Source of the DNA: a virus
Length of the DNA: 64,000 bases
Virus record (IMG/VR): IMGVR_UViG_3300031787_000093
Location: 3,714-67,713 of that record
Reading direction: 5' to 3' (one strand)
Positions 45,944 to 55,608 of this stretch are shown here, piece by piece. Position numbers and translations under genes: made by a program. A model generated the notes under the pieces. That model was not told where the DNA came from. It made no database searches and saw nothing but the letters and a program-made list of their open reading frames with translations. The first letter of the stretch is position 1. Each line of letters starts with the position of its first letter.

Positions 45944-48178
45944 TTATTCCATTGGCATTGCACCGGGCTCTGGAGCAGCTTCTGCAGCAGATCCTCCTTC
46001 AGGAGTTGCTTCTGTAGCAGCTTCTACAGGTGCTTCTTGAGTTGAAGGTGGAGGACCGTTCTTAGCCATGTCTCCAACGAACTTCAACTCTGAACGATAA
46101 TTGTTTCCTTCTTGAGCCATTGCAGCTTGTTGCTGTTGCATTGCCATCTGAGCTTCCATCTGAGCAGCTTGCATAATACGTGCTTGTTCTTCTGCTTGCT
46201 TTCTTTCCTGATCTTTCTTTTGCATGGAGTAATCCAACTCCTTCAAAATCTCAGTATAAGTCTTAGCAGTTTCGATACGCAAGTAGTCACGCATATCAAT
46301 CATTTGATTCTGCATGGCAGCCTGTGCAATAGCAAGTAATCTTTCTTTAGCAGTTTCGTCAACGATATCTTTTACTTTGATGTAAACGCCAAAATCTTCA
46401 AACTTGAAGTCTTCTGTAATTTCCATAAACTCAATGCCACGATCGTCCAATAGACCAAGAGTGTCAGATTCCATAGCCAATAAAGAAACTTTGTATTGGT
46501 TCAACGCATACTGTAAGTCACGTTCAATAAACTGGATGAACCCTTGATACAAATATGAAGTACCTAAGTTTGATTGTGCAATAGAACCTGCCTGAGTCTT
46601 AGCCCCAAGATATCCTTGTTGCTGACCCATGGCAATTTTTGGAACGTTTACAATCTCTTCCATGATTCGCTCTTCTTCTCTACGAAGAGTAATCATCATT
46701 TGAACGTTGGGGTCCAGAGTCATATCAATAACTTCAACTACTTTATTGTAATCTGCATTATTGAAATCTTCTCCGGTCATGTTTCCATCTGTGATATGAA
46801 TCCCCATTCTTTCAAAATCATTTAAGATTTCTTGAGAAGTAGCTGAGCCAAGTTTATGTTTATTCAAGATGAACACCTTACCCTTAGCACGGTCAGTCAT
46901 CTTGGTAATTTCGTAAGTAAGATAGTCAATTCTATCTTGGTGTTTGTGAAGACGAGAAGCAATAGAACGAGTCTCACCCATTACCATGTTTGGTAAAAAC
47001 ACTGAAATTGGTAACTGCACTTCACGTGGGTCATCGGATCTACGAACAATGTTTGTTGTCTCACCGTAGTCAACGACATACTTATTGGCAATCAATGTTC
47101 CCTTGTAGATAGTCTTTATCCAATACTTAGAATTTTGACGAGTTCTCATTTTTGAGAAATGCTCGTTTCCGTATTGGTCTTTTACTTGCTCGTATCGAAG
47201 TTCTTTGTAACCAACCCAATACCCTGTAACGCAGGCCATTTTTGGAACACCTGAGTAGTTATACCACCAACGTAGTTTGTTACTGGTAATGTATTCTTCA
47301 CCAAGCATCTTATCCAAAGTCTGGGTGTTTACTGTTTTGATTTCATCAACTTCCGCTGGAGTCAAAGACTCTAAAAATTCAGGACGTGCAAGTATTTCAC
47401 CGGGAGTAAGCCAGTCAATCTTACCACAGTAGTGAGCCCTAGTGTTGAAGTCATCATCTACTGAGTTATCCCAAATCAAGTTATAAGGAAGAATGATTTC
47501 TTTATACTGTCTTCCATTCTTAATGGAGTTTTCAATACCGCAAACACCGCCTAGTAAAAGATACAAAAATCCTTGTTTGTATTTTTCTATGAATCGATTG
47601 CGATACAGAATATCATTAGCCAAACGTTGAGCAATTACTTCTGCGTACTCTTTGTAGTCGTACAACATAAAACGCTCAAGGTCAGCAGGATTTTCAAACT
47701 GTTCAACACCAGTTGGATTAAACTCTACGCCATCTGCACTCATGCGTTCAAAAATGTCCTGATACTTTAACTTGAGCATTCCGAGTTGTAGCATCATATT
47801 CTTTTTAGAAGCTAGGGCTTCAGATGTACCCTTTACAGAAGGTTCGATGTTTTCAATCATCTTGATTGCATTACCAATCATGAAATCAATCATCGAAGTT
47901 AACTTCTGTCCATTAATCCAGACAGTTGGAAGATCGCAGTTGTTTTCGTCTTTGGTTTTGTAGTAGTAATCTTTGTTTTCTTGTTTGCCAAGATAGTATG
48001 TGAACATGCGAAGCATCTCATCTACTGGCTTTTCGTAAGTTGCAGTGTTCTGATACCCCAACATATTCTGCTGCGTGTTGTATTTTTCTGCAACATACCG
48101 CAGCGAATTCATATACCATTCCTTATCTTTTTGATTTTCAGGTATAAATTGATTTGGTTGGTCTCTTAATGCAATCAT
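45944..48178 (-). CDS. portal protein
   Basis: QPNQFIPENQKDKEW N-terminus as in crAss-like portals; Q-rich C-terminal coil; likely start ATG 48178. Confidence 0.85.
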   Translation of the reverse strand: MIALRDQPNQFIPENQKDKEWYMNSLRYVAEKYNTQQNMLGYQNTATYEKPVDEMLRMFTYYLGKQENKDYYYKTKDENNCDLPTVWINGQKLTSMIDFMIGNAIKMIENIEPSVKGTSEALASKKNMMLQLGMLKLKYQDIFERMSADGVEFNPTGVEQFENPADLERFMLYDYKEYAEVIAQRLANDILYRNRFIEKYKQGFLYLLLGGVCGIENSIKNGRQYKEIILPYNLIWDNSVDDDFNTRAHYCGKIDWLTPGEILARPEFLESLTPAEVDEIKTVNTQTLDKMLGEEYITSNKLRWWYNYSGVPKMACVTGYWVGYKELRYEQVKDQYGNEHFSKMRTRQNSKYWIKTIYKGTLIANKYVVDYGETTNIVRRSDDPREVQLPISVFLPNMVMGETRSIASRLHKHQDRIDYLTYEITKMTDRAKGKVFILNKHKLGSATSQEILNDFERMGIHITDGNMTGEDFNNADYNKVVEVIDMTLDPNVQMMITLRREEERIMEEIVNVPKIAMGQQQGYLGAKTQAGSIAQSNLGTSYLYQGFIQFIERDLQYALNQYKVSLLAMESDTLGLLDDRGIEFMEITEDFKFEDFGVYIKVKDIVDETAKERLLAIAQAAMQNQMIDMRDYLRIETAKTYTEILKELDYSMQKKDQERKQAEEQARIMQAAQMEAQMAMQQQQAAMAQEGNNYRSELKFVGDMAKNGPPPSTQEAPVEAATEATPEGGSAAEAAPEPGAMPME

Positions 48179-48249
48179 TTCCTTGCGAAATTTACACAAA
48201 TATAGATAAACTAAAATAAGATTTCGCTTATTTTAGAATACAGTGTATA

Positions 48250-48518
48250 AAGTAAAATATGATTTGCTTGGAACTGGACCAACGAGTGAGTTATCCCAAA
48301 AAAGGGTTCTCACCGTGGAAGACTTGCTCGTATACTGTCCTCAACGACCGATGTGAAACATGCAAGTCCATCGGTTTGGAATCAACTGTCAGGGGTTGCA
48401 TCCCCTGTCCGGTCCTGCGACTCATTCCTTAGTGCCATCGCTGTGCTGTGCCGGAATCCCATGGTAGCACACTAACCTAAAACGCCACCGTCTTTTCACC
48501 GACCGTTTTAGGGGGTTA
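48250..48518 (-). ncRNA. candidate structured non-coding RNA or long leader
   Basis: GC-enriched intergenic block with at least five inverted repeats; TAGATTTG -7 element at 48519-48526 directly upstream. Confidence 0.45.
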
Positions 48519-48543
48519 CAAATCTAAACTAGTTTTTCAAATA

Positions 48544-48969
48544 TCAAAATGTACTCAGCATATTTTTTGATACCAAGTATTCCACATCGTGGAAAAGTAG
48601 ATCCCATGGACTTATGTTTAAGCCAAATCCAAAATCAATAGCATAGGCTAAAATATTATCAGCACGATAGAACTCCGGAGTCAACAAATCTTTGTTCTTG
48701 TAAATTCCTTCAATGCCTCCAGCCTTGCGTACAAGCTCCGATGCAAAGTCATTGAGAGACATGTTGCGTCTCTTCAAAATATAATTAACGTTCTTGGTTA
48801 ATGTTTTTGCCAAGGTGAATACCTTAGATGCTTTCTGATCGTAGTAGTAGCCACGAAGTAAATCTTCAATCTTTTTATCTTCTATAAGTTTTGCACTTCC
48901 CTCACGTTTGATGTTGATAATTTCCTCTTCGATTTCATCGATTGTCATTTGGCGTTTTAATATTTTCAT
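48544..48969 (-). CDS. hypothetical protein, possible HTH regulator
   Basis: KNVNYILKRRNMSLNDFASEL resembles the start of an XRE HTH; divergent from SSB. Confidence 0.5.
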   Translation of the reverse strand: MKILKRQMTIDEIEEEIINIKREGSAKLIEDKKIEDLLRGYYYDQKASKVFTLAKTLTKNVNYILKRRNMSLNDFASELVRKAGGIEGIYKNKDLLTPEFYRADNILAYAIDFGFGLNISPWDLLFHDVEYLVSKNMLSTF

Positions 48970-48970
48970 A

Positions 48971-49007
48971 TATCTTTGTTTACTTCGTTTCTACGGATAC
49001 AAAAATA
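48971..49007. promoter_or_regulatory. divergent pair of Bacteroidota-type -7 promoter elements
   Basis: TATCTTTG on + (48971-48978) and TATTTTTG on - (49000-49007). Confidence 0.55.
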
Positions 49008-49029
49008 GGAAACCTAAAATTAAATATAT

Positions 49030-49716
49030 ATGGCACTAGGAAACAACTCGTCTGCGATCTACGTAGACTTGCGTAACGGCAAAGTAATGCGTTACAGCAA
49101 AACAAATGAACCCGGAACTTTTCCGGTTGTAAGTTCAAAAGGTGAAACTCGTTACTACTACATGTACGACTTCATCGAAGGTCACGTTACAAACTTCAGT
49201 ACAAGAGAAGAAGAAGTGGCCGGTAAAACCAGATTGAAATTTCAAGTACACCTTACAGATCAAGGAGAAAGCTACATCTTGAAAATGGATGTTGATTCAT
49301 CTTACTTTAGAATGTTCTGTTGCGTACTTCCAAACATTAACTGGAATTACCCTGTGCGTTTTATTCCTCGTATGAAGGAAGAAAACAACGTTAAGAAATC
49401 TTCATTGATTGTAGTCAACAATGGAAATCCTTTGAAGTTTGCTTTTACCAAAGACAATCCAAACGGAAAGCCTGAAGTTACTTTCACCAAAAACAAGAAA
49501 GGTGAAATCGTAGACATCGATCGTGAAGAGGAACAAAAGTTTTTCTTTGACTTGATCGCCAAAGCAAAGTCTCAATTAGTGCACCCAGCTGTTGCACAAG
49601 ACGCACCAACATCAGCTCACCCAACTGTAGACCGCATGGCACACAATGTGAAACCAGCTGAAAGCTTTGATGCAGACGTAAACCCATTTGAAGAAGACGA
49701 CGATCTACCTTTTTAA
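49030..49716 (+). CDS. ssb: single-stranded DNA-binding protein
   Basis: Acidic C-terminal tail EEDDDLPF; next to YqaJ. Confidence 0.7.
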   Translation: MALGNNSSAIYVDLRNGKVMRYSKTNEPGTFPVVSSKGETRYYYMYDFIEGHVTNFSTREEEVAGKTRLKFQVHLTDQGESYILKMDVDSSYFRMFCCVLPNINWNYPVRFIPRMKEENNVKKSSLIVVNNGNPLKFAFTKDNPNGKPEVTFTKNKKGEIVDIDREEEQKFFFDLIAKAKSQLVHPAVAQDAPTSAHPTVDRMAHNVKPAESFDADVNPFEEDDDLPF

Positions 49717-49719
49717 TTT

Positions 49720-50064
49720 ATGGGAAAAATAGCTAACCCTGCGTTAGCTCAAGCCATTGCTGATGGTATTGTAAAACCAGCCAGCAAACTCAAACCAAAC
49801 CGTAAACCCAAAGAGCAACCCGAAGTCACTTCTAACAACGAGGTGGCTTCATTGCCGGGAGGTGAAGCTTTGCAACGAGTAGAAAAGAAAACGCTTGAGC
49901 ATATCCAACATCATTATGATAAGGACGCAAAGATCCAAAAGCAGTCATGCATGAAAGCAGCTGCATCCGTGTACAATCCTCCTTTTGGCGAAGACGTAGA
50001 CGTTATCGCCAGTAAGGTTATTCAAATCGCAGAAAAACTCTACCAATGGGTGAACTCAAATTAA
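49720..50064 (+). CDS. hypothetical protein
   Basis: IQKQSCMKAA...AEKLYQWV motif; in the recombination operon. Confidence 0.65.
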   Translation: MGKIANPALAQAIADGIVKPASKLKPNRKPKEQPEVTSNNEVASLPGGEALQRVEKKTLEHIQHHYDKDAKIQKQSCMKAAASVYNPPFGEDVDVIASKVIQIAEKLYQWVNSN

Positions 50065-51050
50065 TTAACATAGACAAGGAGACCAACTACGAAGAGTGGC
50101 TTTCCTTTAGACAAACTGGCCTAGGGGCTTCAGATGTCGGAACGCTAATGGGATTAAACCCCTACAAATCAAAAATCGAATTATTCTACCAGAAGCTGGG
50201 TCTAATTCCAATCAAGCAGGATGAGAACATTCCGATGTTCTACGGAAACCGACTTGAGGAGTTTGTAGCCAACATGTGGGAGTATTACGATGGTGAGGAC
50301 CCCGAGTCTGTAATCAGAAACTACGCTGCTGGTACCAAGGTCAGACTGTGTAAACCAATCAATGGTTATATCACCAACAGTGATTACCCTCACTTGTTTC
50401 TTTCTCCTGACCGAGTGATTGTCGACAAAGAAACCGACAAGATGGTATATGGTGGAAAGCTGATTAGCAAAAACTTCAAGGGCGTACTTGAGGTGAAGAC
50501 CATCAATGGATTTGCATCTAAGCAGTGGGAAGGTGGTATTCCTCCGTCCTACGTAACTCAGCTGCAGACTTACCTGTTTGGTTTGGAAGTAGAGTATGGT
50601 GAGATTGTTTTCTTGGAAGATGGTCGAAAGCTCTGGACAATTCCCATGGAGTTGAACTTGAACTTGAAAGACAAGATTGTTTCTGAGATGAACGAGTTCA
50701 TGGACAGAATTGATGCAGCCAAAGCTGATATTGAGAATGTTCAGTTGTACGAACCCGAGCCCGATGGTACCGAAGCCTTTGAAAAATTTTTAAACACCAA
50801 GTACGCTGACAGCGAATCCAAAACGTTGCAGGGTAGCGATGAGATGTTCGAGATTGCTGTTCGTCACAAAGCACTGGCAAGTGAAATCAAAGAGATGGAG
50901 GGCCAGCACAGAGAATGTTCTAACCTTCTGAAGAACTACATGAAAGAACACGAAGCTATTGACTTTGGTGAAGAGAAAGGTAAGATCAGCTGGAGAACCG
51001 ATAACAGGGGTATCAGATCCCTACGCAACAACATTAAGTTCGGAAAGTAA
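50046..51050 (+). CDS. YqaJ-like viral recombinase exonuclease
   Basis: WLSFRQTGLGASD, GNRLE, SPDR, LEVKT, YVTQLQTY. Confidence 0.9.
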   Translation: MGELKLINIDKETNYEEWLSFRQTGLGASDVGTLMGLNPYKSKIELFYQKLGLIPIKQDENIPMFYGNRLEEFVANMWEYYDGEDPESVIRNYAAGTKVRLCKPINGYITNSDYPHLFLSPDRVIVDKETDKMVYGGKLISKNFKGVLEVKTINGFASKQWEGGIPPSYVTQLQTYLFGLEVEYGEIVFLEDGRKLWTIPMELNLNLKDKIVSEMNEFMDRIDAAKADIENVQLYEPEPDGTEAFEKFLNTKYADSESKTLQGSDEMFEIAVRHKALASEIKEMEGQHRECSNLLKNYMKEHEAIDFGEEKGKISWRTDNRGIRSLRNNIKFGK

Positions 51051-51319
51051 TGGCACCCAAATACAAAGATGTTCCACCAGTGATAAGACGAGTCTTGTCT
51101 ATGCGTGATGAAATCGGCTATCATCTCACCAGAGAGAATAGAACCGTTCAAGAAGAGTTCATCCTCATCTTGAAGAAAGAGTCAAAATTACCAAAGCGTC
51201 TTCGTGACTACATTGTAGAATACTTTGATCAAATTGAAAATGAAAAAATTAGTGAGCAAGGGGAGAATATTGTTGATGTTCGCCCTGATATTCCTGATGA
51301 GCTACATCCCGGAGAATAA
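51050..51319 (+). CDS. hypothetical protein
   Basis: TAATG-coupled to YqaJ. Confidence 0.65.
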   Translation: MAPKYKDVPPVIRRVLSMRDEIGYHLTRENRTVQEEFILILKKESKLPKRLRDYIVEYFDQIENEKISEQGENIVDVRPDIPDELHPGE

Positions 51320-51524
51320 CCGGGAAGCTTTCGGTGATTACACATGCAATGGCGGTGGGTTAGTAGAAACCAAGAACAACCATTCCTACTGGTCTGGCTG
51401 TAGTTACCATGACAAACCATCCAATCACTGGGGGTTCAGGCATTGGATATGGATGCTTGCTGGCCTTACCTTCGCTGTATGGAACGTAATCGAAGTAATC
51501 GAAGATTCACAACAAAAAAATTAA
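51240..51524 (+). CDS. two-TM membrane protein
   Basis: Two hydrophobic segments around a Cys/His-containing loop. Confidence 0.6.
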   Translation: MKKLVSKGRILLMFALIFLMSYIPENNREAFGDYTCNGGGLVETKNNHSYWSGCSYHDKPSNHWGFRHWIWMLAGLTFAVWNVIEVIEDSQQKN

Positions 51525-51527
51525 GCC

Positions 51528-52091
51528 ATGAAAAATAAATTTTCACCGCACCGAATGAACACCTACCATAGAGAACTGGTTCAAAAGATCAGTACCTATT
51601 TCTCTAGTCAGATAAGTAAGTCTCCTTGGAGAACTGATTACATTGTACTGCGAACCTCCCAGCAGGCAACGAATGACTACAACGATACCATTTTCATCCC
51701 CAATTTCAACGATGAAGATGATTTCGACTTCTATTCAGCTTACAAGTGCAATGCATTTGCGAGTGATTCTGCTAAAATTATCACTGGATGTTACCAGTAC
51801 AGGTTAGCTAAACGTTTTGGTTGTATCTATGGACAGCAAATAGAACCTATTTACTACTACGATACGATCAATATGAACGTGAAGGATGATTACGAGGATA
51901 AACATCTCATTGGAATCAATTTATTGGCCCATCCACTGCATGTAATGATCCCATTGTATACCCCAATCTCAAATGTATCCAAAGGATCTATCATACTACA
52001 CCCAAGTGCACACCAATTACTGAAGAACAACTTCAATGAACAACCTCCAGCATTCAAACTTTTCGTAATTGACATCAATTTACTGCTCTAA
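51528..52091 (+). CDS. hypothetical protein
   Basis: 187-aa ORF. Confidence 0.65.
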   Translation: MKNKFSPHRMNTYHRELVQKISTYFSSQISKSPWRTDYIVLRTSQQATNDYNDTIFIPNFNDEDDFDFYSAYKCNAFASDSAKIITGCYQYRLAKRFGCIYGQQIEPIYYYDTINMNVKDDYEDKHLIGINLLAHPLHVMIPLYTPISNVSKGSIILHPSAHQLLKNNFNEQPPAFKLFVIDINLLL

Positions 52092-52176
52092 ATGCGTTTT
52101 GTTTAACTTTTGAAAGTCTCAACCCGGGAAATCGGGAGACAAAAGTTCAACAAACTGACAGTATCCTGACAAAAGT

Positions 52177-52209
52177 ACCCCCCTGTAGTAACATATAGGG
52201 GGGGTTTTT
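52177..52209 (+). terminator. intrinsic terminator ending the middle operon
   Basis: C-run/G-run hairpin followed by T5. Confidence 0.7.
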
Positions 52210-52784
52210 ATGATCCCCCCGGGGTAAAATACTGTTTGTGTGAGTGGTGGAGGTTTACGCTACAAAAATCTACAGCAAACCGCCCAAAAAAACACCCCCC
52301 GACTTCATGCACACACCCATACGCAAAACCGCACGCAAAGCCTTGTGCATGGTTTCGCACGCAAAATAAAAACGGAACTGACCTTCGGTCAAGCCGGGCT
52401 TTATCTAGTTGTAACAAACAAATGTTTGTGTCGGCTAGGGCTGATTTGGCTGGCTATAAAGGATTTAAACCTTCGGTTTACTTGGCTCTATAGAAAAGTT
52501 TGGCTGCTTCTCTGTCAATCAAACACTCTGTGTTTGGCTTTAAAGGTCACCGAAATTCAGTGCCAAGAAATTTTAACCGAAGGTTACCCTTACTATTTAA
52601 CAGAGATTCAAACTCTTTAGAGTTTGGTAGGAGGTTAAAGGAAGTTGGTTGAAGCCTCGCATGCACACGCATATGTGCGGTTTGGCTCGCAGTTCTCAGT
52701 GCGAAACAGCACATTGGCTTGGATGGGCTTGTTTGTGCCTCTATGCTTATACGCTATGCAAGACTTAACGAAGTTAAAGTGATT

Positions 52785-52825
52785 TGTGGATAACTTATCT
52801 TACCTATGGTAAAGGATGTGAATAA
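52785..52825 (-). promoter_or_regulatory. two DnaA boxes
   Basis: TGTGGATAA (52785-52793) and TGTGAATAA (52817-52825), both matching TTWTNCACA on the minus strand. Confidence 0.55.
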
Positions 52826-52860
52826 GTGGTTCGGAGTCCCAACCCTCCAAACCGACTAAT

Positions 52861-52941
52861 TACTTTGGGTTTTTATAGTGTTACTACTAACCCTTGTAAA
52901 GGGTGTAGTTAGTAGTAACACTTATATAAAAACACAAAGTA
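52861..52941. repeat. long intergenic inverted repeat H1
   Basis: Core arms GTGTTACTACTAAC / GTTAGTAGTAACAC, extending imperfectly to TACTTTG / CAAAGTA. Confidence 0.85.
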
Positions 52942-52946
52942 AAATT

Positions 52947-53882
52947 ATGAAAAACACCAAAAACACCACAGCAATGCAAAGCATTTCAAGTCAGATTACC
53001 GAAACAATGAAACAGAGTTTCATTGAATCAAGGAAAGTTTACACTAAGGATGAAATCCTTAGCCATCTCAAAGACTTTTCTTCTAGAAAAGTTAAAAAGG
53101 CTTGGTTAACCAAGAGAATAAACGACAGAGTCGTTTACCTTAACTTCTTGAAGTTAGCATCAACCGAAGGTTGGAAGCACTTTTATGGTCAGCCAATTCA
53201 TCAGAAGTTCGTAGAACTTCAGATGTCAACTCTTCAATCTATGATTGAAGTTAGGTTGAAACTTAGCCCTGAATCAGAGCGTGAGTCTCTTCTAGAGACT
53301 TTCCTGCATGGATTAACAAATCCTCAACCAAAGGTTGCTTCTAAGGTTGCTCCGAAGCCCCAACCGAAGGTTGTTGAGGCAAAAGTTCAACCGAAGGTTG
53401 TCAAGGCTAAATCTCAACCGAAGGTTGTTGAACAACCAAAGGTTGTAAAGGCTAAACCCCAACCAAAGGTTGCTGACAATCAATCTTCGATTGATACCGA
53501 AATCTTAACCAAGATTGTAAACAATCTTTCAGAGCAGGCTTCACAGTTAACGAAGTTAACTGAACTTTGTCTTGCCAATAGCAAGGCTATTGCAGAACTT
53601 CAAAACCAACCGAAGGTTGTTGAACAACCAAAGGTTGTTGAGAAAGCCAAAAAACAACCAAAGGTTGTAACTACTCAACCAAAGGTTGAGGCAGTAAAAG
53701 TTGTCACTCCAAGTCAACCAAAGGTTGCCAAGAAACAACCAAAGGTTGAAAGCAGCCAAATCAGTCTCTTGGAGGCGTTCATGAAGACTTTGTCTCCTAA
53801 GCGTGAAAAGAAATCTACGATTTCTCACAAAGATGCTTTTGAACTTGGCTCTTGGAAAAAGCACATCATGGAGGTTAAATAA
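52947..53882 (+). CDS. first early protein, with QPKV repeats
   Basis: ATG 52947 just after H1; 12 QPKV units each encoded by CAACCRAAGGTTG; terminator follows. Confidence 0.7.
   Translation: MKNTKNTTAMQSISSQITETMKQSFIESRKVYTKDEILSHLKDFSSRKVKKAWLTKRINDRVVYLNFLKLASTEGWKHFYGQPIHQKFVELQMSTLQSMIEVRLKLSPESERESLLETFLHGLTNPQPKVASKVAPKPQPKVVEAKVQPKVVKAKSQPKVVEQPKVVKAKPQPKVADNQSSIDTEILTKIVNNLSEQASQLTKLTELCLANSKAIAELQNQPKVVEQPKVVEKAKKQPKVVTTQPKVEAVKVVTPSQPKVAKKQPKVESSQISLLEAFMKTLSPKREKKSTISHKDAFELGSWKKHIMEVK
53161..53748. repeat. array of 13 palindromes CAACC-RAA-GGTTG
   Basis: Copies at 53161, 53325, 53361, 53388, 53415, 53433, 53460, 53607, 53625, 53655, 53676, 53715, 53736. Confidence 0.9.
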
Positions 53883-53895
53883 CCTCCATGTTTTT
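53867..53895 (+). terminator. intrinsic terminator
   Basis: CATGGAGGTTA / TAACCTCCATG followed by T5. Confidence 0.75.
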
Positions 53896-53940
53896 ACAAA
53901 AAATTAACTAATCAAAGAAAAAATCTAATCAAAAAAGACT

Positions 53941-54288
53941 ATGTTATTCTCAAAGTACAGCACACTTTTCACAACGGCTTTCGTAGAATTTAACCAAAGG
54001 TTAATTAATGCTAGAAGTAACTTCATGGATTATGAAATCCTCACTGATGAAGAAATCTTTAGAGATTTCGTCATGGATATCTTTGCTCTTCGCAAAATCT
54101 ATGGTAAAATCTATGAAGAAGACATGCATACTGAAATCCTACAACCAAAGGTTGAAATCATCTACGATTTGCTACAAAACAACATCGAAGATGTTAGAAA
54201 CGGCTCTTCATTAGTCGTTAGACTAATTGAAGAAATGTTCTACTATTGCAAGTCAATCACCGAAACAATTGAAAGCCCTCTTAATTGA
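53941..54288 (+). CDS. early hypothetical protein
   Basis: ORF preceded by TAATCAAAGAAAAA. Confidence 0.65.
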   Translation: MLFSKYSTLFTTAFVEFNQRLINARSNFMDYEILTDEEIFRDFVMDIFALRKIYGKIYEEDMHTEILQPKVEIIYDLLQNNIEDVRNGSSLVVRLIEEMFYYCKSITETIESPLN

Positions 54289-54297
54289 GGGCTTTTT
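54272..54297 (+). terminator. intrinsic terminator
   Basis: AAAGCCCTC-N6-GAGGGCTTTTT. Confidence 0.75.
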
Positions 54298-54335
54298 ATC
54301 TAACCATTAAATCACTCAAAGAAAAAATAAATCTA

Positions 54336-54623
54336 ATGAAAAACACCGAAATTCCACTCTACTATGTAGAAACCTACATTCACGGCACTGAAACAGAAGT
54401 CTTAGACTTTGTCTTAGAATTAAATATCTTGGCAAAAGGAGAGTACTTTCAGTACGAACTAACCGATCCTGTTCCATCGTTAGATGGAGAGGAAATTGAC
54501 CCTAATCAACCTGTTTATTTAGTGCATGGAATAGTCACAGAAAAAGATATCAAAGACTTGAATTTGCACTTAGACTTTCTAATCAGCGAACATCCAATAT
54601 CTAATCTAATCAAAGAAAAATAA
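54336..54623 (+). CDS. acidic early hypothetical protein
   Basis: ATG follows TCAAAGAAAAAATAAATCTA. Confidence 0.65.
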   Translation: MKNTEIPLYYVETYIHGTETEVLDFVLELNILAKGEYFQYELTDPVPSLDGEEIDPNQPVYLVHGIVTEKDIKDLNLHLDFLISEHPISNLIKEK

Positions 54624-54628
54624 ATCTA

Positions 54629-54853
54629 ATGAAAAATATGTCTGCAAAGTATGTTTACCTCGTTTTCCAAGTAATGCCGTTTGACGATTACCACCATGAG
54701 TTTGAAGGTGCCTTCACTAGTGAAGAGTTGGCAGAAAATTACAAGCGTTATCTAATTGATTTAGAAACAAAAAAGCACCCCGATTATGACTATCCTTTTT
54801 GGCAAGACTTTTATGTTTCCAAAGTTATGCTTAACCGAACCGAATCTTATTAA
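54629..54853 (+). CDS. early hypothetical protein
   Basis: VYLV...EGAFTSEELAE motif. Confidence 0.7.
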   Translation: MKNMSAKYVYLVFQVMPFDDYHHEFEGAFTSEELAENYKRYLIDLETKKHPDYDYPFWQDFYVSKVMLNRTESY

Positions 54854-54866
54854 TCAAAGAAAAATC

Positions 54867-55037
54867 ATGAATAATATCAAAGACAAAGACTTTTTAGCAA
54901 GTTTAATTTTCGCAATCCTCTTTTTTGGCTGTGCCATTTTCTGTGCTTATCTAAAAGATATTGCATCGTTAGCAGTTTCATCAACACTTAGTGTTTCTTT
55001 CCTAATCGTATCACTAGAACAATCAAAGAATAAGTAA
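54867..55037 (+). CDS. small two-TM early protein
   Basis: Hydrophobic; start follows the conserved upstream motif. Confidence 0.6.
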   Translation: MNNIKDKDFLASLIFAILFFGCAIFCAYLKDIASLAVSSTLSVSFLIVSLEQSKNK

Positions 55038-55048
55038 AAATAAATCTA

Positions 55049-55333
55049 ATGAAAAACAAACCAACACCACAAAAGTACTACAGCCTTATGGCTGAAATGA
55101 AAGCCACAGTTTATGCAACTATGGTAAATGAACACAATCAAAAGATTGAATTCCTAGAACATCCAATCCATGGTGACTGCTTCCCTATCATCGTAGCATT
55201 TCCAGAGGAAAAAGTAGCATTTTCTTCTCATTTCTATGATTTAGATGACATGATGAATGCAGAGCATTCAGACTATCGTCCTTTCCTTGTTGATGGTAAA
55301 TTGTTAATGGGTTTTGAAGTACAAGCAATCTAA
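55049..55333 (+). CDS. early hypothetical protein
   Basis: ORF with the conserved upstream motif. Confidence 0.7.
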   Translation: MKNKPTPQKYYSLMAEMKATVYATMVNEHNQKIEFLEHPIHGDCFPIIVAFPEEKVAFSSHFYDLDDMMNAEHSDYRPFLVDGKLLMGFEVQAI

Positions 55334-55336
55334 GTT

Positions 55337-55600
55337 ATGAGTATACAAGCACAAGTTGACAACATGATGAGAAACTTTGAAAGAATCGATCGTCCACAAC
55401 CAAAGGTTGAATTTATTCCTCAATTAGAAGACTATTGTCTTATGATTGACGGCAAATCCGACGGCTATGTTTATCATTATACGACTATAGTCGATATGAT
55501 AAATGACGGCTTCAGTTGGAATTCTAATGAAAAGTTCAAGAAGATGACTCGCATGACTGCCGAAGAGTTGCAATACTTCCTTGACAACCGAAAATTCTAA
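55337..55600 (+). CDS. early hypothetical protein
   Basis: ORF; carries one CAACCAAAGGTTG at 55397. Confidence 0.65.
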   Translation: MSIQAQVDNMMRNFERIDRPQPKVEFIPQLEDYCLMIDGKSDGYVYHYTTIVDMINDGFSWNSNEKFKKMTRMTAEELQYFLDNRKF

Positions 55601-55608
55601 TGCTCTTT

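Noticed and set aside
13995-47963. Many plus-strand ORFs antisense to the structural genes
   Set aside because: Shadow ORFs from codon bias on the coding strand; no independent signals.
48250-48518. tRNA or tmRNA
   Set aside because: No T-loop GTTCRA with acceptor stem and CCA end recognisable on either strand.
52208-52620. Short ORFs in the non-coding block
   Set aside because: Overlapping in several frames with non-ATG starts and atypical composition; likely spurious.
53161-53748. CRISPR-like mini-array
   Set aside because: Repeats are only 13 bp with irregular spacers, mostly 5-27 nt, inside an open frame; no cas genes.
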